Source of the DNA: Elsinoe ampelina
Lineage: Eukaryota
NCBI GenBank assembly: GCA_010093995.1
Contig: ML992504.1
Location: 1,050,925-1,070,924, forward strand
Length of the DNA stretch: 20,000 bases
Direction: 5' to 3'
The notes below the pieces were generated by a model. The model was not told the origin of the DNA and ran no database searches. It saw only the letters and a list, made by a program, of their open reading frames with translations. Positions 10,708 through 20,000 of this stretch are shown piece by piece; position 1 is the first letter of the stretch; every line of letters starts with the position of its first letter. A program made the position numbers and the translations under genes.

Positions 10708-13217
10708 GAAGATGTCATCTTGATTGATGACAGAGCTGTGTCGGATGTTGTGGAGGTCGGGAGGAGTCCTCCATCGACCGCGAGGGTGAAATTGGAAAGG
10801 ACGAGTTAGACGGCAGGGAAAGGTGTGAATGCTGCTGCTCTACCCTCCTCGTCGCCGGGATTCATATGAAGGAGCGAGGCGGATGGGGAGATGGGAGGAA
10901 GAATGTACAACTCGCATCCGACGACGGGGACTCCGCCCGCGCAGGACGACGGATGGTATCACGCCTCGGTATCTCGGTTTCTCTCGGTCTCCCGGTATAT
11001 ACCCACGACTATCACGGCTGGCCTTCTTAGCGTTGCATCGTATACCCCCGTAGCAGGCATTGTAATTATTTTCGGTTCTTGTCCTCCTGAGCCCTCTTCG
11101 TATGTCCTGCCCCGGCTTGTCCTGATCTGCCCTGGTTGTCCCATGTCTTGGGCATGTGTTTTTGCCGCGGCACATTTGTTGCGATGGCTTGGCGTGTGAC
11201 ACTTGTGTGCCGGTCTTGATACTTGACTGGAGGGGTAGTGTACCTGCCCAGGCTCAGCTTGAGAAGGATGGGTGGCTGGGCAGGCATGGAGCAGGGTAGT
11301 GCTAGGTTGGACCAAGGCAGGCGGGGCGTCACGGGCTTGGGGCAGGGGGGATGGTCCCATCTTGGTCGAGCTTGGTCGGTCTGTTCGACGATCGAATGTT
11401 GGTCTGTTCCTGAACGGGATGTGCGGGAGGATCTAAGATGTGCTAATGCGATCTTGGATGGGGGCGATGTAGCCGTTTTGGGATGGTCGCATTGATGGCA
11501 GAGTACTGTAGACCAGGATGGTATGGGTGTCTGTAGAGCCGCGGTCTTGACTGTTGCTGTGGCTGGGGAGAGCTTCGAGGCGTCAGGGGTTTGAAAAGGG
11601 CTTACTACGTGGCCCGCAAAGTGCACTGGGCCGGTGTCGGTGTTGCTGTGAAGATGTCTGTTTCCCTCGGGAGGCAGTCTCACGTGACGAAGAGAGGTCT
11701 ATAGCTTTGTATAATGGTGGCTTCACCTTGCACAACGTGGACGAGATCGGTAGGTCTTGCAGTAGAAGGACTCCGACCTGGAAGTTTACAAATCTCCCTA
11801 CTTGATGGTGGATGGAGTGACGCATTGGCCGCATGTCCATGTTAGGAAAGTGCGCTCCTATCATGGTCGACGTAGACACACCGTTGGCATTTTCCTGTGC
11901 CATGGTGGATCATACTGCACGGTGCTCAATATGTTGGTCACATACCTGCAGACCAGCACAGACTCAAAGGGAGTCGATGTTGACTTGGCTGGACCTGCTG
12001 CGGGACACACCTCAAGAAGCAATCAAAGAGGGCGCTTTGAGATCGTCGGTGGCAACATTCTACTCACAGTCGAGGAGTATCAGACAAATGCCTCGGTCAA
12101 TCGCTCAATGATCAATTTCCCCGTCGACATCAATGAGGGCAAAGACTGGCCCTGTGACCTCTTCAAGCCTACCAGCGGGTCGTGATGCCAGAGCGGCAGG
12201 ATTACGTTGTGGGGCGCGTAAATATCGGGTGAAAGCCATGGGGGTGGCGTTCAGGCACGAGAAGTGCATGTGCTTGATAGAACCGTGCTTGAGATGCAGA
12301 GCGATGTGCCTCGGTGTGTTAGCACAATGTCACCACAGATACTTTCGGCATTCACGTCTGGAGCCGAAGGCGGGGGGTTCTTCTCTGCAGCAATCTTCTT
12401 CGTGGTGTGAACGATCGCTGTGGACCTCGTGGTATGGTTTACTGTGCCTTACACCAGGGGCTTGCAGGTCGCAAGCACACGTCCTGCTACTGTGGAAGCG
12501 AAGGGCCCGTGGGAGCTTCAAGGGCTCCTGCGCAGAAATCGATGCTTCGCCATTATCAACGACGATGTATTCAATGCTCATGCGCCTAGACTTGAGTCGG
12601 CGCACGAAAGTCCAGGCTTAGCCAAGAACAATGTTTTGGGCAAACTCCAAGCCGCTTGGGTGTGACGCTGCAATCCCACACGCGCAGTTTCTTGCTGGTG
12701 GTCCTGAGCCGCGGTTGTAGTTCCTGCCCAGACATCGACGTGGAATTGGCATTGTGCTAGACACGTACTCCACACCTCAAAGTCGGTGATGGTGGGATAA
12801 AACACGACCATGAATGCATGTCAACCATGCAGTAGATCACTCCATCGGGCTTCTCGATTGATGGTGACAAATGGGGACCAAGCATGGCCGCAGGACGTCG
12901 AGGACGAGCTCGAGGTTTTGCGGAGTAACACTTTTGCGGAGTATGCACGCCAGGCCAAGATGCCAGACCTGCATAGCGGAGTGCTTCCCGGAACATGTCC
13001 GTAGCCATATTGGTGAGATGGTGGCGGAGTACTCGTGGGGAAAGGCGGAGAAGAGCACGTGCGGTCTGCAGGACATCTGTCGATACCATCCTGTCAATTA
13101 ATAATCGCCGTGTGCATGCATGACGGAGTAATATGGCAGGGAGTGCATGGTGAAAAGGAAAAGTCAAAGCCGGAGCTTACTCGTTTGGATGTCGCTTACA
13201 GCTCCATAGCAAAGATA

Positions 13218-14621
13218 CCGAGGCGTTCGTGAAGCAATCTGTGACTGTTCCTGGGTCGACTCCGCGATGTTCATGACCAAGTCCGGTACAGGAGATGTTG
13301 GAGAAGAGCTATAAGAGAGAAGAAACGGGTTCTGATTGGTTGAAAGGGGGTGGGATCGGTGAAGCGTGATCAATCTGAATCAATGACAGGTAATTTGGCT
13401 TGCAGACGCAAACGCATGCGAGCCTCGGTGTTTTGCAGAGACGCGGTGAAGGCTGTCGGCGTGAGGTCTGCTGTCAAGAATAGGCCAGCGGGCACTAAAC
13501 CGTACCAGGACATTGCCTGGATCCCAGTAGCCCCCAGATGCCGCGAGTGGAAATAGGACGTGGGGAAAAATCAGGAAGGAGTCGGGGAATTTCCAGGCAG
13601 TGTGGGTGTGTCCGTGTCATGTGCCAGCTTGGCCTGAGAAGGAACGTTATGCACTGCTGTCACATCAAACTCTGACACACTGACACCTCGCCGCACTAGT
13701 CGACCACGCTTTGGAGGTCCTCGACCCTGTCACTGTTGCAGGATGCATCTGAGAAGGGGCCTCTCTGACAGTAGAGGTTCCTGCTCTTGCTTGACTAACA
13801 CATTGGTGCGGTGTATGTCCTCTTCAGATCTGTCTCGGATTGCAGCATCTGACGCATATCGATGCTATAATAACTCTATCTCTTCCCCAGGCAGTTCACC
13901 AACAACCAGATCTCCACTATGGCGATCGCAGGAAACCGGCGGAAGCTGATCCAAACAATCTGCCTCGGTACGTCAACCTTGCAGCTCTTACCTGCCCACT
14001 CCTATAGACCCTCAGAATCCACTACCTAGCTTCCGCGGACCTTGCAGTAGTGCTGCACTTGACTCACTCTCATTCAATAAAAGCTGGTCTTGGTCTGGTC
14101 AAGCTTCATGCCTCGGTACCTGGACTGTTCTCTTTCTGCAGCCAGTGGAGACCCGCAACCCGCCCTGTGATGCTTCATGCAAGCCTCGGTATCATCCCTG
14201 CTGCAGCAATCACTCGACAGCCATACTGAAACACTGCAGAGCTAGTTACCACACACCCTTGATGCGCCAAGGCACGTACAAATAGTCGACATGATCCGTC
14301 CACATCCCTATGCGCTCCATGACCTACGTAGCCCCTTGGCAACCTCGAGCTTACCCAGCTTACCCCCAACTCCGCACCAAATGGCGCAAACAAGCTACAC
14401 GGTACGGCGTGATATACTGTACGCCTCGGAAATGAACCGACACTGCGCGTCGCGGTAGCATGGACCGCTCTTACCGCTTGGACGACCGCCATACACACCC
14501 CGCCGCATTCCGTCTGCACCCCGCCAGAAAAGCATCTGCGCCAAGATCATTCGCTGATGGCTTGTTGATCACGCTCACGGCCTCATCTTTGGATTACCAA
14601 GTTACGTGTGTTGTCCCTCGG
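13218..14621 (+). promoter_or_regulatory. Cluster of CCTCGG motifs (FarA/FarB/CTF1-type Zn2Cys6 binding core) upstream of the cutinase
   Basis: CCTCGG at 13423, 13963, 14111, 14184, 14424 and 14616, plus CCGAGG at 13218. Four have the extended form GCCTCGGTA. CCTCGG is the established core for fatty-acid/cutin-induced genes. Confidence 0.65.
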
Positions 14622-14748
14622 CCGGACATCCTGGTTGTGCATCTGGCGATGGAGGAGGTACACTTGGCAGTGTCGATTCGGGCTCTGGGGTAATCGATGG
14701 TGCCTGATGATCTAGAGATTCAATGTCCAAAGATGTGAGACGCACGGG

Positions 14749-14754
14749 TATAAA
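14749..14754 (+). promoter_or_regulatory. Putative TATA box of the cutinase gene
   Basis: TATAAA 147 nt before the ATG, followed by a C/A-rich leader and the start context TCAAAATG. Confidence 0.55.
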
Positions 14755-14895
14755 GTCACGGTGACCCCCTGCTGAAACACAACTTTCTCTTGCCATCCTG
14801 ACAACTACCAGCGGCAGGCCGATCACTACTTCCAATCCTTCAATCACTCAAAGCATCCACCGGTATCCACTTCCCCTACACCCCAAACCATCAAA

Positions 14896-15631
14896 ATGAA
14901 GTTCAACCTCGCTCTTCTTGGTCTTGCTGGCATTGCTGCCGCCAACCCCATCCCCGAGGCCGTGCCTGAGGCTGAGCCAGTCCTCGAAGCTCGCCAATTC
15001 GGCAGCGACACCGCCAACGAGTTGGTCAACGGTGCTTGCCGCCGTATCACCTTCATCTGGGCTCGTGGTTCCACCGAGCCAGGCAACCTTGTACGATGTC
15101 CAACTATAGAAGGTCCGAATACCAAGCTAATCATCTGAACAGGGCTCCACTCTCGGACCCGATGTCTGCTCCGGCTTGAAGTCCCGCTTCGGCAGTACCA
15201 GCGTTGCTTGCCAAGGGATTGGCGGTCCTTACACCGCTTCCATCGGCGACAATGCTCTGCCCGTTGGCACCACCCAGGCTGCCATTGGCGAGGGTGTTCG
15301 TCTCTACAACCTGGCCTCCACCAAGTGCCCCCAGACCATCATCGTCGGAGGTGGTTACTCTCAGGGTGGCGCTGTCACTCACGGTCTCGCTCGTGCCCTC
15401 TCCAGCACTGTCCGTGGCCGCGTCGCTGGTCTTCTCACCTTTGGTGATACTCGCAACCAGGCTGACGGTGGCCGCATTCCTCCCTTCCCTGCTTCTCAGA
15501 CCAGAATTATTTGCACCAATCTCGACCCCATCTGCCGCGGTCAGCTCATTGTCACCCTTGCTCACCTGTCCTACGGCGATGATGTCCCAACTGGTGTCAA
15601 CTTCCTTGCTGGCCGCATCAACGCCGTCTAG
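14896..15631 (+). CDS. Secreted cutinase (CE5), 227 aa, 2 exons
   Basis: Exon 1 is 14896-15090, the intron 15091-15142 (GTACGA..GCTAAT..ACAG, 52 nt), exon 2 15143-15631. Signal peptide [16 protein letters not shown], propeptide ending [16 protein letters not shown], nucleophile motif [18 protein letters not shown] (Asp) and AHLSY (His). Confidence 0.96.
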
Positions 15632-16448
15632 ATGCAAATGCAAGCCAAGGAGGAGTGGGGATGGTGGGCGTATACAGAAACAGTGGGGGAGCAGACCATC
15701 GCTTAGGATTGCAGCTATCAAAAGCCAGGCCGTGAGTGATTGGGCAGCCGGGGTGGTGGAAGAGGCGTGGGATGGGAGCAGACGATCGAAGCTTTCGCCG
15801 CTGGCTATACTGGGAAATTGCCTCTCACACCATCGACAAGAATGATCTGCCCGCTGAGCTCGACATTACCTTCAACTGTCTATATCTTTTTGACCTTCCA
15901 TACTTGAGAGAATGAGAAATGCTTTGATGATCCTCAATTCTTCTTTTGTAAACCAATCCTTGTGATACAATTGGTTCCCATCAGATGGGACATCCTCTAT
16001 GACGACTATGGTACCGCCCACTAGTATTCCGGTACCATGATCCTTTAACCATAACCAGAATATGGGCAGTCTGGCTGACCACCCTTACACGGGTCCGACC
16101 AGGCCTTGCAGGTACCATCGATCTGACCTGCATCACTCGAACAGCAGCTGACCACTCTCCAGCAGAATTCTGACAGGGAAAGGTGACAATATGAATCGTT
16201 CACCATCGACCGACCAAGGATTGCGAAAGCATTGAGTGTGGTCGACGGCAGAGCCGCATCTGGCGCGGGAGGTGTGGAGACGACGTGGGGCCTCATCCCG
16301 ATGCTTTTAATTAGCGTGGCTTGCAGACCGAGGCACCTGGACCTTTCCTCACAAGAAGATTGTTTCGGGATGTACGGTAGATAGGTACAGAACGGCAGGC
16401 AGAGATGACGACAGGTACTGGTGAACATCTCAAGCAAGAAGCACTCGT

Positions 16449-16469
16449 CACCATCACCATCACCATCAC
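16449..16469 (+). repeat. (CACCAT)3.5 microsatellite
   Basis: CACCATCACCATCACCATCAC is read directly from the sequence. Confidence 0.8.
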
Positions 16470-17426
16470 GGCCTTCCAGACCGCATTGTCATCGACCTCG
16501 CCGGCATGAATGTCTATCGCAAACCTTCAGTACGCGTGAAGCCGATCTCGACGTCCAAGGTTTGGCCCATACCAAACAACAAGCCCTTCCCCGCTCTCGG
16601 AGGATTTTCTTGATGGTGCATGACTCTTGCTCACACACCACCCAGACCAGCTTCAAGCTTGAGGCGTAGCCATCTGGCACTGCGATGCAAACCTTGCTCG
16701 ACCAAGGACCGATGGCTGGCCAGTCGGAGCAGGCGGGCTTGGAGACTGCTCAATTTAATTTTTGATCGGAGACCTGTCAGAATTGATTGATCTTCTTGCT
16801 TTGACATGCGACACACTGATCAGTGCAGAACGACAACAGGGCCAGCAAATCTGCTTCGTATAGCACAGAATAGGCATTGCCTCGCTCGCGTTGTAGTACC
16901 ACCAATTCTGCTGCTTGGAAGTCGTCTGCGTTTCATCCTGTTGATTCGATAGGCTCAAGCCGCCATTATTGTCGAGTCAAGACCACGCATGAGCAAGGAT
17001 GTTGCGAATGGCACTGCCCGCCGACCCGAAGCGCCTGTCTATCACCTAGATCCGAAAGTCGACACCAATGTCTCGGCACCGCCAGATCTGATAACTATCA
17101 AGGATTACTTCTCCTCGGAGAACGTGGCCAACTGATAGGGAACCTCTCCTTCAAGCAGCTATAGGACGCCCCTGGCCAGTATTGACTGGGCACCTGTCAA
17201 CCGAGGCATAAGCTGGAGCGCCAAGAAGACCCTGATTCAGTTCATCCCAAGGTTGAACTGAACACTATCTTACTATTTTACTAATCCATAATCAAATTAG
17301 ATAATTATTGTCTTAATCTGCTACTATTAAGGAGTTCTTTTAATTTAGCTATCTTTTAGTACACTAGGTTAAGTATTTATATAGTTATAATCTACCTTAT
17401 TTTAGTAGTTTAGGCAGTAATTAATC

Positions 17427-17836
17427 TAGGGTGGTCGAGTGAGTAATTACTATACTCTAAAATTACAACGTGACTTTTCGTGAAATTTTCGTGTTTTTTG
17501 ATGTTTTTACGTGTATTAGTAAGCTTCTTTTATAATCTAAAGTATTTTTTCTATACTATAAAAAAATCTACATTTTTTGGTACTACTTTCGCTTACGTAA
17601 TTCTAGATCCTGATTTTTAGAAGAAGAAAGAAATTTGAAATCACTACTAAAAATCAGGATCTAAGATTACATAAGCAAAAATAGTACTAAAAAATGCAGA
17701 ATTTTTGATAGTATAGATAAAATATCTTTATTAGTAAAATACGCTTACTAATACACGTTAAAATATCAAAAAACACGAAAATTTCACGAAAAGTTACATT
17801 GTAATTACTATACTCTAAACCCACTTAACTACCCTA
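17427..17836. mobile_element. 410-bp non-autonomous hAT-like element (MITE) with 18-bp TIRs and an 8-bp target-site duplication
   Basis: Left TIR TAGGGTGGTCGAGTGAGT versus reverse-complemented right TIR TAGGGTAGTTAAGTGGGT (4 differences, all transitions). Flanks are AATTAATC (17419-17426) and AATTAATT (17837-17844). No coding capacity. Confidence 0.75.
17461..17806. repeat. Long imperfect inverted repeat: 160-bp arms (17461-17620 and 17647-17806) with a 26-bp spacer
   Basis: AATTACAACGTGACTTTTCGTGAAATTTTCGTGTTTTTTGAT... pairs with ...ATCAAAAAACACGAAAATTTCACGAAAAGTTACATTGTAATT. The inner ends AGATCCTGATTTTTAG and CTAAAAATCAGGATCT also pair. Confidence 0.95.
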
Positions 17837-17869
17837 AATTAATTTTTTCCTCCCCTACACAAGTTAATA

Positions 17870-17880
17870 GTTATAAGCCC
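17870..17880 (+). other. Copia-type primer-binding-site relic
   Basis: GTTATAAGCCC is a RIP version of the (G)GTTATGAGCCC motif that follows the 5' LTR in many Copia elements. Confidence 0.55.
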
Positions 17881-18037
17881 GGTATAACTACCCCTATATA
17901 AGTATATTACTTAGTTGCTTTTCTACTCTATTTATTAGTTAATTCTCTACTATCTTACTTTTTAAGTATTAGAATCTATTAAGAACTACCTTAACTATAA
18001 CTATAGGATTTAGGTGTTAATAAGGAGATAAACAACT

Positions 18038-20000
18038 ATAGATACTAACACCTTAATAGCTAGAACACTTATTATTCTTACTATATTAGCTAAATAGGCT
18101 AGCTAGCTATATATTATTAAGATAAGAGTATTAAATACTAAGATATAGAACCTTATTAATCCTTAGAAGACTATTAAACTAGAAGGGCTCCCTAAGCCTT
18201 AGAGGCTAGAAGTAGTAAATATTAACTTCTTAGTACTCTTTTAGATATATAAGAAGAAATAAGTATAATATAATAAATAGTATAAGGCCTTAGCTAATTT
18301 AGCTAGCTTTATTTAGTTATTAATTGTACTATAAGTTCTTACTATTATCTAACTAGAAGAGGATTCTTATCTATAGGCTATTCTTAGAGTATTAAAGAAT
18401 AGATTTACTCTATCTAATATAGCTATTTAGCTTAAGGTTAAAGTACTTTAGAGGAAGTAGCTATCTAGCTCTTTCTTATAGAATATAGACTATTAGCTTT
18501 AGTAATAGGAAGAGGTTATAGACAAGGCTAGGAACTATAATCTACTAGAAGCTTAAGGCTTAAGGCTATAGAGAGACTTCTTACTCTCTATCTTAAAGAC
18601 TAAACTAGTATTTACTAATAAGTACCTTATTAATCTAGATTTACTAACTCTACTAACTATGCTTAAACTAATTACTAAGTTTAGATAGTTTTATAAACTC
18701 TATAAGCTATATAGTACTATAAAGGCTAGTAAGGGGGCTATAGCCCTTTCTATAGCTACTAAGAATATTCTTTATAAGAAACCTAGTCTCTATAGAGAGC
18801 CTAAATATATATACTAAAGCTAGTATAAGTAGATTAAGTGCTATTACTTAAATAAGTATCTAAGGCTAGAAGGATAGACACTAAACTAGTAGACTATAAA
18901 GGAGGTTAAATAAAGGCTAAATAATAAGACTCTTAAAGAGAGAATTAAGGCTTCTATTACTAAGGAAGTATAATATTAAAAGGAGTTAACTCTACTAGTA
19001 TTAATTAATATAGCTATTACTATTAAATTATACTTAATATTTATCTTAGCTACTACTAATATCTTAAGCTTATAGATACTAGATTCTAGAGTAACTAATT
19101 ACATCTATAATTATACTATAAAGGATAGATATAAGGTTACTAGAATTATAGAACCTTATAAGAAACTATTCTATAGTAATACCTTACTTAGTATTAAGAG
19201 TTAAAGAACTATTAATATTATAGCTCTTTATAAAGGAAAGTCTATAACTATCTATCTTATAAAGGTAGCCTATATACTATTAATTATAACTAATCTAGTT
19301 AGCCTTAGGAGGTTTATTAATAGTAGAGTCTACTAGAACACTTAAACTATAGAGATTAGCTATAAAGGAAAAGTACTCTTCTTAGTTATACTAAAGTATA
19401 ACTAATATATTCTTAAGAATAACTCTAAAGCTTCTAATATTACTACTATAGTATTAAGGAATAATAATAATTATCTACTATTAGTATTTACTATAGTTAC
19501 TATAAGGACTAATTAATCTTAGTATAAAGTTATAGGCTATCTAAGCCTAGAGTCTATTAATTACCTTCTAACTACTATAGTTAGTAGTAAACTAACTCTA
19601 ACTAAGCCTAGTTTAGCTTAACTAATTTATCTTAGGTCTTTATATTAGACATATAAGCTATTAAATACTTAGTAGATTATATTAAGGAGCTCTAATACTA
19701 AACTTACTATATTAAAGCTATTTAAGAGAACTACTTTTAATATTATTATTAATAGATTTACTAGCTATAATAAGGTAAGATATATAAGCTACTTTACTTA
19801 TAGGACTACTAACTATTAACTAGTTACTACCTATACTTATAGATATAAAATTAATAAAATCTATATTAAGATAATTACTTATATTAAAAGCAATTTTAGC
19901 TTTAAAATTAGATTCCTTAGAAGTAATAATAAGAGGGCCTTTAGCCTTAAATTTACTATTTTTCTAGATAGTAAAGAAATCTATTATAAGCTATCTACTC
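18038..20000 (+). pseudogene. Copia gag-pol relic with many RIP-induced stops
   Basis: ATA(ATG)GAT.. at 18038 de-RIPs to a gag-like start (IL....EWASWLYIIK..A....IWNLIDP). Trp and Gln codons are systematically converted to TAG/TAA. Confidence 0.8.

Larger units (their letters stand above)
17266..17869 (+). repeat. Putative 5' LTR (~185 bp once the MITE is removed)
   Basis: Begins at the compositional break with TAT (RIP of TGT) and ends AATA (RIP of AACA) directly before a Copia-type PBS. TATA-like TATTTATATA at ~17374. The second LTR is not in the window, so the boundaries are inferred. Confidence 0.5.
17266..20000 (+). mobile_element. RIP-inactivated Ty1/Copia LTR retrotransposon (5' LTR, gag, protease, integrase; continues beyond the window)
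   Basis: Very AT-rich and TpA-saturated, with CpA/TpG and CpG nearly absent. Reversing C>T/G>A changes gives WILDSGATNHICN (19073-19111, protease), VAYIP..TNLVS (~19265), WHKVMGH (19520), CQTC (~19643), PFERTTFDII (~19718) and IRFLRSDNE (~19909). The order protease then integrase is diagnostic of Copia. Confidence 0.9.

Noticed and set aside
10829..13949. Numerous 60-200-aa ORFs between the coiled-coil gene and the cutinase
   Set aside because: No consistent codon bias, splice model or domain. Treated as intergenic/regulatory, although an old relic cannot be excluded.
15131..15845. ORFs of 196 aa (-) and 213 aa (+) over the cutinase
   Set aside because: By-products of the cutinase's strong C/T third-position bias.
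16045..16437. Cys-rich 130-aa minus-strand ORF as a candidate effector
   Set aside because: No signal peptide or convincing upstream exon was found.
17443..17819. CRISPR-like or telomeric interpretation of the repeats
   Set aside because: Only two direct copies, no spacer array and no TTAGGG tandem run, in eukaryotic DNA.

Overview
Filamentous-ascomycete genomic DNA: short GT-AG introns with CTRAC-type branch points and a RIP-mutated block; a Dothideomycete-like origin is only an inference. The GC-balanced part (1-~17265) holds six genes: a GT34 (GMA12/MNN10-type) glycosyltransferase running off the left edge, a PSD2-type phosphatidylserine decarboxylase with one in-frame TAG, a small S/T/P-rich protein, RVB2, a ~1050-aa coiled-coil protein, and a secreted cutinase whose upstream region is rich in CCTCGG (FarA/CTF1-type) motifs. 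At ~17265 the sequence switches abruptly to an AT-rich, RIP-ruined Ty1/Copia retrotransposon. Its putative 5' LTR carries a 410-bp hAT-like MITE with a nested 160-bp fold-back. The most intriguing signal is two TAG-GAA stops that interrupt apparently coding frames. One sits in the loop of a hairpin that mimics a tRNA anticodon arm, which suggests A-to-I (UAG->UGG) stop-loss editing. RIP-type nonsense mutation and sequencing error are the alternatives.
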